DNA of 64,000 bases from contig CM060734.1 in the NCBI GenBank assembly GCA_030704615.1, forward strand, positions 35,526,001 through 35,590,000, written 5' to 3'. A program made the position numbers and the translations under genes. This DNA comes from Takakia lepidozioides. Taxonomy: Eukaryota; Plantae; Bryophyta. A model generated the notes under the pieces. That model saw nothing but the letters and a program-made list of their open reading frames with translations. It made no database searches and had not been told where the DNA came from. This document shows positions 1 to 13,997 of this stretch, one piece after another (positions within the stretch are counted from its first letter, which is position 1; every line of letters begins with the position of its first letter).

Positions 1-1377
1 CCTAGAGCTTCTAAGATCTTATGCGCCTATTGAGTCTTGCCAACATGTAGGGGCTAAGGTTTACAGCAGAGCAAGAAATTCGTGTGTGGCTCAAGTTCGG
101 TAGTATCAAGCAGACCAATCAGAAAAGCCTCTGACTCCCGAAGGAAAGATGAAAGAGAATCGAATTGAGCTCCATATCTGAGGAGGAACAGAGAGCTTGA
201 GCAGTTCGGAATGTCATGGGACTGCATGGAGGTAAAATCTGTAGAGGTGACATCTTTTTGCAAGCTGTTCACCTTTGCCCCTAAACATTGACAAGACCCC
301 ATGGGCACACAACTGACCGTGAGGATGTCGCTGGTTCCGTTTCAGAGGTGCAAACGTTTCCCCGAAACACAGGGACGCCATCTAGAAACCTTCATATCAC
401 CCTGATAATGTCCCGAATCCTGCTTGCGGAGTCACAACATCTACGGGGCTCCCAGATCCTGTTGGCCAGTGTCTTCAAGCATACCGACAATGCTAACTAA
501 CCGAAGCTAATAGGAACATGAAACAGTGCAAAGCAGAGCAACAAACAACCCAAAGAAGAGATGATCGAAGACTGAAGATGGGCTGAAGAGCAAAGAGCAA
601 CTAATATTATGCTAGAAATCGTATGGCCTGGGCACACGATCCTCCTGGATTCTGCTACGAGACTCGCCTTCTACAACCTGTCCTTCCATAACCGTCAAAG
701 CATCCACCGTCCCAATCTACCGCACTGAGGCTCGCAAGGACTCTCTGTTACCCTAAGTTATTCACCGACAGTTTTCAGTACTATTTTCCTTCCGATATAT
801 GATACATACATCGGACCAAAGACCAGATCTTTGCATTCTAATTGGTGAAGAGATGACTTATTTTTAACCGTTCATCTTTACAACTTGGGCGGTCAGATGT
901 GCATCCCTCATTGTTGTCTTCCTCGTTGGGCTCGGGAGAGATGGCCTGCACAGATTAGGGCTAGGGTTTGGGATGGAGCATCGTAATCTCGAAGAAGGAA
1001 TGTTTTGATGCTGTGCATCACGTTGTCGCAAGTAATGTAGATACATCTGATACATATGCGGGAATCCAATTGGCACCTAAGGATAGAGCATCTTGTATTG
1101 TGGAACTAGGGTTTTGTGACGGAAGGATTTGACTATGGCAAAGCTTTGATCTGCCTGAAGACTGAGTGTAGGGGTGTGGATAGACTCAGTTTTAGCTCAT
1201 TTTGTACATCAATCATCTGCATTGCTGTTGAAAGGTGTCCAGAGACCTCATGTGCTTCTCGAACGGGCCAGAGACGAACCAACTGGAAACAGCCATCGCT
1301 TTCTCCGTCAGACGTTTGCGGAGTAGTGGATCATAATTGGCCTTCGAACTGGAGGACGTCGGAGAACGAAGAGAGCG

Positions 1378-4300
1378 ATGGATTTGGCTGGCATTGTCGC
1401 GGTGCTGCTTGTATCAATAGTGTTCTGGGAGGTTGCAACTGCGTACCAGACGGGCGACTCTGTGCCCCTGTCTAGAAGGGGTCAATACCATGGCGTTAGT
1501 CTCTCCCGCACTCTTTTTCTTTCAGTTTTTCATTGGCAGGAACTCCTTACAGATGAATAGCGGTAGCACTGGCATGGAATTTAAAGTGGTAATTACGGAG
1601 TCTTCGGCTTGCTTGTAGGAGAATAGATTGTCTAGCAGCAAACCCTACAGCGTAAGTGCTGTTGAGGACAAATTTTCTTTCAGCTGGAGTTTGATCATTG
1701 ATGTGTGATTTTGGGTTTATGGGAGCAGCAACGGACGCCTTGGTTTGATCAGCTTGGCCGCCATAGCCCACATTTTGGTGTCGATACTGAGGTACGCTTC
1801 GCTTTTCCCAAAGTCACTTTACACTGTTGAAAATCAGACCTATCGATTCCAATGCTAATTCACTTAGCCGGCAATTGGGTGGGAGACTTGAATATTGGGA
1901 GAAAAGGAGTGAGGACCCTCCATGACAGAGGCAGTAATTGTACTCTGTCTCTTGCTGTCTCTCTCTTCCTCTCTTCATTTTGAGGTCAGATCGTACCTAG
2001 AGCATGACTGTTGATGCTTACATATGACATATGACAGTGGTGGAACTGCAACCAGAAGAAAACCCTCATTAATAAAGGGTAGTAGTAGAGACTCACCATT
2101 CTTCTGCATTAATGGCCTTACAATCCTACCATGGTGGATAGATCCCCAAGATGGATTGGTAAGTTGAGGAGCGATGGGACTGTAAAGGGTGGGATTGTGG
2201 GGGTACCATTGAGATTGTGATTGTAAGAATATGTCAGAGTCAAGTTCTCAGGATTGATGGTTGAGCATTGGCATTGGAAGAAGCAAATTAGAAGTACATG
2301 GTCTGTGATGGAGGATAATTATTCCATCACAGTCGCAAGAGCGGAAATGTTGTGAATAGTAGAGAGTCTTCGATCCGTTTACTCTCTAATTAAGTTGATT
2401 TACTGGCTGGAGCAGGTTGTTTTGCCTATTCCCAAACCCACAGGCTACATGGGAGCTGAGAGCTACAAAATGTGAGGACAGATTGCGTCCAAGTCTCTTA
2501 AACCCCTGGGTTAGCAAGGAGAGTTTGTTTTGTAATGTTTGCACTAGATTCATTTTGGAGGAATGAATTAAGAGTAAGTGCTTGGGAAATGGCAACCATC
2601 ACTCTCCAACCCCACATTGCTCTATTTGAGACAGGGCCGAAGACTGTGACTTGCTGTGGCTGAATATGGAGTGAAATTATTGCATCACTTCCGTACTATG
2701 TATATCACAAAGCTTTTTGGAGATAACTCATTCCTAAAGTTGGGTCCCACAGTGAAGTGAGATAATGGATGCTGTGACCCAAGGATGGTTTTTCTACTTC
2801 ACTTTATGCATGATCTAGATATTTTTTTGTAGAAATTTGGAAGGCCAGATAAGACACCCCACCCATTTCTGCAGGCAAATCAGTGGCAGCATCTATGGCT
2901 TCATGGCAATGCTAAGCAAGGTCATGAGGACATCTGCCTATGTGCTATTCTCATGTTGTTCTTATCCACTGTTGTGGTATTCTGTGACATGGTTGCAGAG
3001 CTTTTCAGTTTGGAAAGGAGAATTATTTGACACCATGGCTTTTGGTGATTGGTCGTGAAAGTAAGGAGGTTCCAATGATTGATGTGACTTTGGTGAGTCT
3101 CTGTTTGTTTGAGGTCACGATTTAGCCATTAGCATTTGTGTCTCAACTGGAGTAAAACATATTAGCAGTTCATTACATTGCACAAGAGTTGGGATGGTTC
3201 TGAATGGACATTACTTCTGGACACTATACAGTTTTCAATTTTAGCTCTATTGTATAAATGCCCCATACATTACCTAAGCTTTCCAAAATTTCTGAAGTGA
3301 ACTCCCTAGTGATCCTTAAGTATCCAATATATTGGGCCCATCCAGCCATGAACATATTGATGTCTAACTATTTTTATTGGAGTTAAACAGCAGGAAATAG
3401 TCTCACCCATCCATGACCAGGAGAGATGTAACTTTGTGCATTGTAATGAGATTGTGTGAGTTACGGAAGATCTTGTGCTTGTCTGCAGAGACATTCAGGG
3501 GTAGATTTGCAAGGTGTGACTGCTAAAGTTGTGAGCATGCCTCACCAATGTCAGCCCTTCCCCAACGCTCTTATACTTCCTGTTATGATATATTTATCAT
3601 TAGAAGAACTGTAACCAAATTATGTGTTCTGGCTGTGGCTTCTTCACAGAAAAACCAGTGGTGGCAGCCATGACTACTGCAAGACTTGTAAATGATGTTG
3701 CTTCCTGATTTTCTGTTTTTGTCACTAATATGCAATAACAACATACAACAGCTTGATAATCGTAACATCACGCAAGCATTGAATTATCCTGTAATTGTAT
3801 ATTATGAGGCTTCCGTAGTTGGAGGCACATTGTCCGGCTGATCTCTAAGGTAGGAAAAATTAACTGTTATTGTACTATTATCAATCTAATCTAGCAGCCT
3901 TTGGGGATTGACTGTTTCTGAAGCTTGGTATGGTGGGATGATTGTTGCAGATGTAAAGGAGCACGAGGAAATACTAAAGAAATTTTCTGATGTGGATGAA
4001 TGGCCCAAGCACGTGCTAGTGCGCTACACATGGTATACTATATTCTCTTTGATTTCCTCATCAGGGGCTCAAACTGAGCTGACCACAAGAGACTTCCTCC
4101 ATGTATGCAAAAAGAAACGCACAGCAACTATTGTTAGTCTTGGAGATGATTCTTTAATACTATTCCATGCATGTGACTGCAAATCCTTGAACATGGATTT
4201 ATTTATTCACTTTATATTTGTTAGAGGTGTTGAAGGGAGAAGAATTGTGCAAATTTCAGGGTAGAGAAGTCAGAGATTGATGTTGCGGGCGGCCTCTATG

Positions 4301-5069
4301 TTCTCTTCGGATCTGGTAGGTCTCACACAAACTTTGTACCATTCAATTCTTTGTGCGGCCAATTTTCATATGAACGTTTTAATTGGGCCTCTGTACGTTG
4401 ACAACATGTGGCATGGTTTGCAGGATTCATCTTGTTCTTGGTGACTGCGCTTTATATTCTTCAGTCATCTAAGGAGAAATTTGTCAGGTTTGTGGGATAC
4501 TGTTCCTTCAGCACTGTTTGTGATCTTTGCGGTTGTTTTTGAGTGCTTGGTGGCAACACCTTATTCCTCATCTCATTCTGGCTTGAGAAAACCATCCTTG
4601 CAGTTGTGGTACTCACGGTGACAGCAGGACCTTTCTGTATTGGTCAAGCTATTCTACTCGAGTGGGCAATTTGAACATATCGTAGAGAGGGTGATGCTAT
4701 GTAGAATCTTAGCACTGATTTTCTTGATGGGTTCTCAAAGACTGCTGTGGATTGCATCTGGGGCAAGTGCTTTGGCAAATGGGGTTTATGGTGCCCAAGT
4801 GTTTGAAGATATGCAAAACAAGCGGTAAATTCACAATAGGGCTATTCCCCAAGTTGGCATGATGAAGGAGATCTGTTCTGAATTTTGATCCCCCTCTGAG
4901 AAGTCAATGGGACTGATGAGCTCGCTGCCTGCGCGGTAGAACTGCTGAAGGAACTGGAGGCATCCTCTAGAAGGAATTGACTAGATGCTTGGATGGGTGG
5001 GGAGGCAGGTTTATGAAGGAAAATGTGGTGGACACTACCATCTCTGGCGAAGAGGCAAAAGCAGATTGA
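1378..5069 (+). CDS. NPU: NPU-like (No Primexine and plasma membrane Undulation) membrane protein. Exons: 1378-1494, 1729-1791, 2416-2471, 2999-3092, 3489-3549, 3951-4032, 4260-4315, 4424-4487, 5009-5069
   Basis: The GT-AG exons splice in frame to MDLAGIVAVLL...AYQTGDSVPLSRRGQYHG QRTPWFDQLGRHSPHFGVDTE VVLPIPKPTGY...KEVPMIDVTL RHSGVDLQGVTAKVVSMPH...WPKHVLVRYTW VEKSEIDVAGGLYVLFGSG...LYILQSSKEKFVRF...AKAD*. These match recalled Arabidopsis NPU motifs (GQYH, WPKHVLVRYTW, SEIDV..GFYVLFGS). Confidence 0.9.
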
Positions 5070-5558
5070 GTGTTAGCCCCATTTGTCACCTTGTTCTACC
5101 CTTTATATTAGCTTACCTTGGTAATGGTTGGGTGTTTTGTTATTTCTTCTGGGATTGCTTTTGGGGCTTCCAGTTGGTCAGTAGAAGCACCTGTCAGGGG
5201 CCTTAATTGTAATTGTAATTGTATGAAGTGCGATCCTTATCCTTGACGGGGCACTGGACATTTTGTAATCCTTGGGCCTCTCATTGAGAGTGGTCCCAAG
5301 ACTGGAACACATGATGTACCGAAACCACAACCATGTGCATCCACCCATGTTGCCCAAACAGGTATCAAACCTTCCTAGAGCCTGACCTTTTCTCCCTTGC
5401 ACTTTGAGTGGGCCGCTTAGTGGTTGGGTGGTTGTCCTGCCTGTGCTTAACACCCGGTGGTACTGGGTTCCACTCTAGTAAAAGACATGCATCCATCAGC
5501 CGGGGAGTCGGACGGTAGTCTCTTCTTTTTTTTCTTTCTAAAGTCCACGAAGTTCATG

Positions 5559-5562
<4 letters not shown>

Positions 5563-5600
<38 letters not shown>
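5563..5600. repeat. (CT)n microsatellite
   Basis: About 19 perfect CT units. Confidence 0.95.
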
Positions 5601-5603
<3 letters not shown>

Positions 5604-7318
5604 AAAATCAGGCACATCTTTTAGGGCCCCAGGGCAGTGGCCATCACAATTTTCTATGGTAGATACCTACCTGTTCCTGAGCAATGAGCACCACCGAATA
5701 CGGTTCTTGTAGAACTCTTGATATGCAGCTTTGATTGAAACCTGAAATTCCTATTATAAAATTGGATTGAGGTTGGATTGAAGTCATGTGCAGCCAGCCG
5801 CCCCTGACCGTTCCATAGTACGTTATGGTCAGTTTAGAGAAACTGCCTGAATAGTGGAGTTGGGGAGCATACTAAAAACATTCTGCGATCTACTTGGGCA
5901 TTCTGCAAACTAATAGAGGGGTGAAAATGGTAGAAAAACCATGACCTAAGGCGTTCCCCATTTAAGTGGATGCCACACGATAAGTCAGAAGACTTATCTG
6001 GTTTGAGTCCTTTAATCTCTACGAATTGTGTTCTACTAATTTGTTGTGGCTAGAAGAATTGTCTGGTAGACGTTCAAAGGCACTTGAAAGCAGCTTGAGG
6101 GCCTGGCCGCACAGGGCAACACAGACCCAGAACAGATTTACTATCTTAAAGGGGAGGCTAGTGGGTAGGTCACGTGCAGGAGGTGGGCCTGACTGTAAAT
6201 GATTTATTTTTTTGGGGGCTTTGAATGTGGGTTTGGCCATGTGATTATGTGCAAGGTGTGGGCTATATGAATGGTGTTTCATCTGTTGTTTTGGTCGTTG
6301 TCTGGGTTTGGGAGATTCATCTTGCTAGGGTGGGTGGCAAGTTGCAACATGTTGATAGGCGGAGGGGGCAGTGGGGTGGATTCTTGGTTTGATTTGGGGC
6401 GGGACTGGGCATATCAGCGGGTTCAACCCCCGCTCAGTTCAGATTTGTGGGGTATTGTAAGTAGAGAGAGAGGCACGCAGAGGAGGGAGAGAGAGACCCT
6501 GAGGAGGGAGCAGCCCGTAGTAGTTAGTAGTTGAGAATATAGAGTTACCGGACCATGAACGGTTGAAATGTCAGGTGACACCGCAGTATGCTCATCTGGG
6601 TGACCTGCGAACACTTAGGGAAATTGGTGACCCTACAGGGGTCGCCGGAATTTTCTACCGGAACAAACATTTCATAGCCTGATGAGTAGGACAACACTTC
6701 AGGCCACTTGGGTTTACAATTTCTACCATTGGATGTGGGCACAATTTTGGACCAATGTTTAGGTGTGAAGAGAGTCGAGAGAGAGTTTTGGAATTTGAGC
6801 AATTTTTCATAGCCTCTTGTGGAGGCCAAATCCCAATTTCTGAATCTTTGTAATGAAGGTAGTTTGAAAACCGCCCCCCCCCCCCCCAAAGAAACACATG
6901 CACCCCCATGCTAAACCTGACTTTTGCCACTCATTTTTTGCAGGGACATGGCATTCATACCGCAAATTAGGAATGTGTGGAATAACCACTCCACAAAAAT
7001 CTAAAAATCTCTCAAATTAGTTGGTCAAGGCTAAAAAACCATGTTTTTAAAAACAGAAACAAAAAATCCATCCTCTCTAAAATCATATAATCTCTCATAT
7101 TTCACGGTGGAAGGAGTTCATTTTTGATGCGTGCATGGAGGTGCCTGGGTGCGCACCTAAGTGTAAGGTTCATTTTTCCAAGATGATTTTTGATAGGTAG
7201 TTAGCCTCATTTTACTAGGCATGGTTAGTAATTTTTAGGTGCCAAAAACCGAACCATGTAGGAAGTTAAAGGTGAGTTGATGTAGAATTCACAATTTTCA
7301 TTGTCATGTGAAGCTCCT

Positions 7319-7592
7319 ACCACCAGTCTGTAGCTCAGATGGATAGAGCGCTGAGTGCCACCTAGGTGATTCTCAGTTCAAATCTTGCTACCTTGTGGGG
7401 TGTGGCATAATCTTCTTCCCCTTCCCTTGGCAAGTGTCCCTAGAGTCTCGTGCTCGGCGCCTTAGGGCGAGGTTACTATGAAAGAGGTTATTTTCTCCTC
7501 TCACGATACTTAAGGGGCCTGATTTGTGTGCGGTCGCTCCCAGGTATTTCCCTTTCTATAAAAAAAAGAAAAAAGAAAAAGGGAAAAAAAAA
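7319..7592 (+). mobile_element. tRNA-derived SINE
   Basis: A-box TAGCTCAGATGG, B-box-like AGTTCAAATC, A-rich tail, and a 9-bp TSD GAAGCTCCT at 7310-7318 and 7593-7601. Confidence 0.85.
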
Positions 7593-8089
7593 GAAGCTCC
7601 TCAACAATCTGTTGTAACATGTGAGGTTACTAGGGCCTGGCCGCACTGGGGGTTACGAGCTGGGATCGGCCAGCTAACCCCCCACTTCACTTCTCACTTA
7701 ACGGGGGCCGCAGAAAGGATCTCTGATACGCATAATGGGAGGGGGGGGGGGGGGGGGGGGCATGTGGGGGATAAACTGATCGGAATTTTGGTTATAATAG
7801 GGGGTTACCAACTGTACATATGGAGGTCCGTTTGCGGGTAATTTCAGACTATATGGATGACTCACGTGGGAACGTGGCATAGGGAACGGCGATATCCTGC
7901 TGGCCTGTGCAGCCGTTGGTCCTTCACCAGACTTGTCATAGGAACATATGTACATACATAGATACAAGAGGTAGACGGGGCAGCAAAGTGGCAGGTGTGG
8001 AAATGTCAATTAGGAGATGAAGATGGTTTTGGGGTTGATCTTTAATCAATGGTATGAGAATGGTAGAGAAGTGTATGTGGTGATGGCAG

Positions 8090-8910
8090 GCAGATATTGG
8101 TCTGTCGATGGGTATTGCGGGGACAGAAGTTTCCAAGGATAGTTCAGATATTATCATTTTGGACGACAATTTCACTTCAGTTGTCAAGGTAATGTGAACT
8201 CCTGTTTTGCCTTACATGTTTTGTATGAATGCATGATGGTCTGAAATCACAAGCTGTAAATTTTTTGTTACACTATCTAGATCCTACTACACACTGGAAT
8301 TCCTCCTCTCTTCTGACTTGGTGCCTGCATCAGGTGGTGCGCTGGGGAAGATCTGTGTATGTGAATATTCAAAAGTTCATACAGTTTCAGTTGACGGTCA
8401 ACGTGGTAGCTCTAGTGCTCAACTTTGTGGCTGCCACATCAACTGGATCAGTCCCACTGACTGCAGTTCAGGTTTGTGTACACCCGGTTTGAAGAATACG
8501 TCCTGGTAGTGTGCGCTGTGTGGCTGTTTCTTGATTACATTACTAAGTCAACAGAGCATAGTGAGAGCATTCAAATGTCTGAAACACAGTCTGAGAGTCA
8601 TTAGGTCTACTCAATATCCATGGAAAGGGTCCAGAAGACTGCCAACATTGCATGGGTGCACATCCTTGTTGCAGGAGGTGTCCAGTGGAGAGCGTGCTCA
8701 TTTTTGTCAATTATGTAAATGATACTTGCACAGCCAAGTTGAACTTTTTTAGGAGATGTTGGTGGTACTACAGCCTTACCATGACTTCCAAAGACTTTCA
8801 GTAGTTTGTTTTCCAGCCCTTGTGGTTGTACAGTGGTATGAAAGGCAGTAGTGTCAGGGTGCTTTATCCTACTTTAATCAGTAGTGTGGTGTCCTATGGC
8901 AGCTCTTGTG
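8090..8910 (+). pseudogene. Fragment of a P2B-type (ACA8/9/10-like) Ca2+-ATPase. Exons 8090-8188 and 8334-8471, plus the first 8 nt of the next exon at 8903
   Basis: [33 protein letters not shown] and VVRWGRSVYVNIQKFIQFQLTVNVVALVLNFVAATSTGSVPLTAVQ have AG/GT borders. The next exon starts CTC TTG TG (LLW...) and then diverges. No other ACA exons were seen. Confidence 0.8.
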
Positions 8911-10139
8911 TACGCCAAACTTGCCCCAAACAGAGCATGCTAACATGCTCACTTCGAGCATTGAAAGCTGAATTTTCAGCATGGTTGGAGTTGCCATCCC
9001 ACCTGCAGATACGTACTCCAAGGTAGGCCTCTTTATCCCTCTGCGGTGGAAAATTTGAGTGACACCCAAACCTTTGCAGATAGCTATTTGAACACATTTA
9101 GTACATGCACATCACAGTTACAACTGGAAGAAAACTCAACACAAAGATATGTGTAGGAAGGAAGTTTCTGCACTGCCCCACTGTTTTTTTGTCCTTTTTT
9201 TCAAACTTGCCACAGGTGCCACTACCCAGCGCCCATGTGGCGAGAATAACGAGATCCCAGGGTTAGAGAAGTGGTCGTATGACAGGTGACACGTTTTAAC
9301 AGGTCCATGTAGGCAAAACCAGGCTCCTGATATAACTACTGGCGTTTACTGGCGAATTTTTTTTATTTTACCCCCCATAATTCCTTTGTACAAGTAGCTG
9401 ACCCATTGTCGAAGTCTGGCGATTTTCGCCAGGAAAAAATCACTGCTACCCCATGTCCATTCCAGATCCCCTCCCCCTCCACGATCACTGACTGCAACCA
9501 CCGCGCTTCTAGCCTCCACAGGTCAAAATCTCAACTCCTGAAAATTAAATGAGGTATTCCGCAGGCCAGCGAAGTCATACGCAAATATAAGAGCTGATAT
9601 GGTGGCATCACCCACCTTTAACCCAAATCCCTCACATTCCACATCTTCAAGGAGCTGATCAATGTACTAATAACTAAATTGGAGACTTCAGCTTCTACAC
9701 ACTCAATGAGAGCACCCCATGACAAACACCAAGACATCTACCTTGCACGAATGAGCCCACTGCCAGCACTCCCTAAGACGCAGGGCTACATGCACGCATT
9801 GACGACAATAGAAATGAGTCCGGATGCGGCCACACATCTGCGCTTTGTCGTCGAATGCAAAGACTGGTATGACCAACGTCACCGACACATCGCAACATGA
9901 AACAGTCAATCTATATTTTATGTATTAATGTGCTATGTATCTATGTCTCATGTACCTATGTTTCAAATATGTATGCCTCATGTATCTTTGTATGTATGGA
10001 TCATGTACACCATGTCCCCTATGTTCTCAACATACCAATGTAAGCTCATAAAGACCTAATAGAGGCCACGATATAACAGTACACCTCCAACATCGTCTGA
10101 GAAGGGAACATGTGTCCATATTCTCAAAATATCAATATG

Positions 10140-12600
10140 AGCTCACATGTACATATTAGAGGCCACTGTGTATTAGTGCCTCGCTAAGGATGGTGGATTT
10201 CGGACCTGGTGTCCAACCCTTTCATCTGTTTAGACTATGTGTTTCCTGTCACACCCACCGAGTTTGAGCAACCAGAGGAGCATATTGCGCGGTGCCTAAG
10301 AACCACACCCATTCAGACCATATTGAGGGGTACATATGAGGCCATGACAGATTTTGAGCTGAGTTTAAAGACGTATCCTCAAGAGCTGAGAAGCTCCGCT
10401 TCTGCTTACATTGCCTCTTTGTTCTGTATGATTGGAATGGCAGCTGTCAATATTTTTGGGGGTCCTGCACTTTCTTGCCATCTCCACGTAAGATTCATGG
10501 CCATAATTTGCATATATTGTTGCAATATCCCTAAAAGCGCACTATTTGCTTCCCCATCCATTGTACGCCATTCCTCACTTCAGCTTAATTTTTTAGTACT
10601 CACCAGTTCGGACCCTGGTCCGAAGTTAGTAGAGAGTCATCTTGTTCGATTTCTGATATTTGCTTGTTATATGCTCACACATTAATAAGTTGTGTTTATC
10701 CCTCAGGCCCTTCAAGTTCGCGTCGTTGACTTCAACCTCAACGATCGGAAAGACCTCTGTAGACAAAGGGTTGAAGCCAAGTTCCGACACTTATCGATAC
10801 ATGACAAAGAGATGGGTCCACTCGAAGGGGAACCGAGCTCCGCTGGGAGTCAGCATGACGTGCACAACCCACCAGAGGAGGGTGGTAGGGAGTTGGTCGC
10901 CAGCTACAATACGAGTGACTCCAGCGACTCCGGAGCCGAGGATAGTGACGACGGTGGTGAGACGAAGGCTCTCGAGGTCCAGGCTAGGAGCACCTCACCT
11001 CAAGTTACAAAAGGTAGTGCCACCCGAGCTAGATTGATCGATGTTCATAACGGTTGGAGTGGTGGCGCTGTAGCTCAAGGAGATCTAGAAGAAATGGGGG
11101 CTCATGGCAAGCTTAACGAGGGGACCTGGATGTATCCGTTAAGGCAGTTGAGCACCGATTTTACCATGGGTTTTGACAACATTGTTGGCAATACGATGCC
11201 ACCTACGCCAACTGGTCTTCCTCTGGCTTTGTTTTCTATGCCAGGTGCTGTTACTCAAGATACTGCAGAGGAGGCCGGGCCACTAGCATTGTCCTCCACC
11301 CCCAAAGGAATTTACTGTCATAGAGGACAACAATGAGGATGAAGACATTGATTTTGGGCAAGCGGCCGGTGAGGGTTTTACTCCAGCAGACAGAGATGGT
11401 CCTCTGGAATTTCGATCTCCCATGCCATTGAAGAGGCGGAGGGAAGGGTCCTCTACAAGCCATGGAGTGGCTCATGCAGATAATGTTGTAACGCCACTTA
11501 CTGAAGTACGTGAGACCTCTAATCAGGAGCCACATTGATAAGATAGATTGTTATTTATGAGTACAATTTGTACACATTGCAAAATATTATCTTGTCGGGT
11601 GTTTTAGCACTTATCTTTTTTAAGCCCATCGTTGGCAAATATTTGTTACGCCTTACAGCTGAGATTGTGTATTATAGGTGCACCTCACAAATTCAAAGGA
11701 GTCACCCTCAGAGGTAGGGCGGAAAAGTGAGACCGAACTACAAGTGGCAACACCATCAGATTCTCAAGGTTTAGTTGTTGGAGGACAATCATGTAGGCCA
11801 GAAATCAACCTCAGCCCAGAACCAATCCAGACACGCAGCATATCTGCTGCACGAGTGTTGCAATTGATATCGCAACAGCATATCGACGAGATAGAAGCAG
11901 TATCTCTTGTGGAGAAAGGATCTCCCCCTGGCATTCCAGACGAAGTGGCACAACAACATGCGCAGCAACCTCCAGAATAGCAGATAAATGAGCAAACTGG
12001 GCAGCAGTGTCGAACAACTCCAAAGCTGGTAAAGCGCTACACCCTTATATGACATTTAGGAATCATACGCCGGCCCTTCTTTAAAACTATTAAATTTTTT
12101 GATGGAAGTAAAAAGTCAATTTCATCATTGTATTAGACGTACGTGTAGTGTAGAGGCCCTTGGTGTTCTACACTATTAATAGACCTTATTGATGCTAAGT
12201 AATAATCCTTTGTGTTCAATAGGCAAGATGACATGATATTTCATGAGCCCAACGATCTTGACAAGGCTATGATGCCCGAGGATTTTTTGCTTTGTCACTA
12301 GCCCCCAATGGTTCAAGACCTCCGTACTATGCTGTAGTTCTCAATTTTGGGTTCTTTGTTATAGTTTGGAACACTGGTCTTGAAAATAACTTTAACTAAA
12401 GCAATATTTGGAAAGGACTTTGATAGGGTAAGGACATACATCAATGAAAATTGCGTTAAACATCGGTTAACCTTCGCGGTGAAATGGGACAATTTTTCAC
12501 ATTCCCCGATATATCTAAAGAAGTTATACGGTATATTTTCAGAGGAAAAGACCGATGTCTATAGGTCAAACTCTTTAATCTTCGAGACTGCGTGTACAAG
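10140..12600 (+). pseudogene. Degenerate multi-exon ORF of unknown, probably DNA-transposon-associated, function
   Basis: Several ORF pieces (e.g. 10692-11336, 214 aa, acidic/low complexity) with AG/GT-like borders and scattered stops. Contains the TTCGGACC-NN-GGTCCGAA palindrome also found at 24050-24670. No domain was recognised. Confidence 0.3.
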
Positions 12601-13997
12601 TCATACTTAAATCCCACAGCTTTGGTTGTGTTTCTAGATATTAAGTTTGAGGCTACAGAATGATCTTTCTCGAGACAATTTCCTCATTGGAGAATTCAAG
12701 CCATTCTTGAGGAACCTTTGAAGGTCTGGGTTGGATGCTTGTGTTTATAACATATTGATCATATCATCATTTTTTTGCATTGGATTTTATCAGCCTGAAA
12801 TTGATATTTCTTCAGCTGCAAGCGAGTCGACATTCATCCAATGTCCGGGCCATCTCGTAGTGGTACATCGTTGCGTTGGCATATATCCTGTCGTCGCCAG
12901 AGGAGGAAATCACTTGATTTTGACCCCCCCGCATAGTCATGTACTAGACTCTGTCTCATTATGTGACACTGCAAAGGAGGCTGAATCCATTCAAATCAAC
13001 TCCAATGTGGTAACGAAGAGATCATCAATCATCCCATCATTATTCTTTATTTGTGGCTTCATGGTACTTCAAATTCGATTTAGAAGTGTCTCATTTGTTT
13101 TTTTGGTGTTCAGTGGATCATGAGGAGGAATTGCCAAGCATCATTCGACAGAAGAAGGCCTCAATTCAATTGTTGAAATCGGAATCGCGCACATCTGCAT
13201 CTTCAATTTCACGCAGTGTTGTTGCTAGTGTTAATTCGGATGGTACTATGTTCCATCATAGCGAGAATAGAACTATCTCTACAGGCGTCGGAAGTCATAT
13301 TGAGATTCTTCTTAACCATCGTCACATCGGCAAGTGTACATCGAAACAAGGTATTATAAGTAAACGACGACACCGAGTTATGCCTCTTTTGCATGGTAGT
13401 CGTCTTGCAAATGAATCGTCATTGCAAAGAGAATCTGACTCAACATCTTACGAATCTTGGTCACGCCCGAACATTGTCTTGTAGTATAAACAAAAAAAAT
13501 CTAGTACAGTATGGTTCAAATCAGCCTTATGTCGAAAATAGACTTTCTATTTTGATAAGATGATATTCATATGTATCACTGCGTGGTACAAGACATATTA
13601 ATGTGTTAGTACCAACCATGGCTTCATTTTTTGAATAAAATATAAACATCTTTTGTGATTGAATGATATTCTTTTGTGTTTGGTTATACTTTGGGATATT
13701 GCTGCAAACATATTGTGTTGACGGAATGTTATATCATTGCTCTAAGTGTTCGAAGATTAAATATACGGCAACTTTTTCTACAAAACATAGATATGAATGA
13801 GTTCGAATTCACATTCGAAGTAGAAATTGAATATAAAAATGGATATATATTTTTTAATAATTAACTTTATATGATATGATTATTATATAATATAAATATA
13901 CATAATTACATTAATTTTAAATTTTGATCTCTGTACTAGCTTCATATTAGCTCCGTATTTCATTAAATCTGGACTCCTCACAAGTCCGGATTTAGTT

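Noticed and set aside
1-900. Divergent gene upstream of NPU
   Set aside because: Composition suggests UTR or intron sequence, but no coding exon could be identified.
6679-6720. Hammerhead ribozyme at CTGATGA (also 54836, 58416)
   Set aside because: No stem II followed by GAAA and stem III could be built.
7325-7400. tRNA gene (also 22550-22620)
   Set aside because: A and B boxes are present, but there is no acceptor-stem pairing. A shared 3' body, A-rich tail and TSD indicate SINEs.
6098-7922. Harbinger-like MITE bounded by GGGCCTGGCCGCAC (6099, 7633)
   Set aside because: The two clear copies are direct, not inverted. The inverted candidate near 7905 is too degenerate and no TSD was found.
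13965-13994. Helitron 3' end (hairpin AAATCTGGAC/GTCCGGATTT followed by AG|T)
   Set aside because: No CTRR terminus at the usual spacing and no 5' TC end identified.
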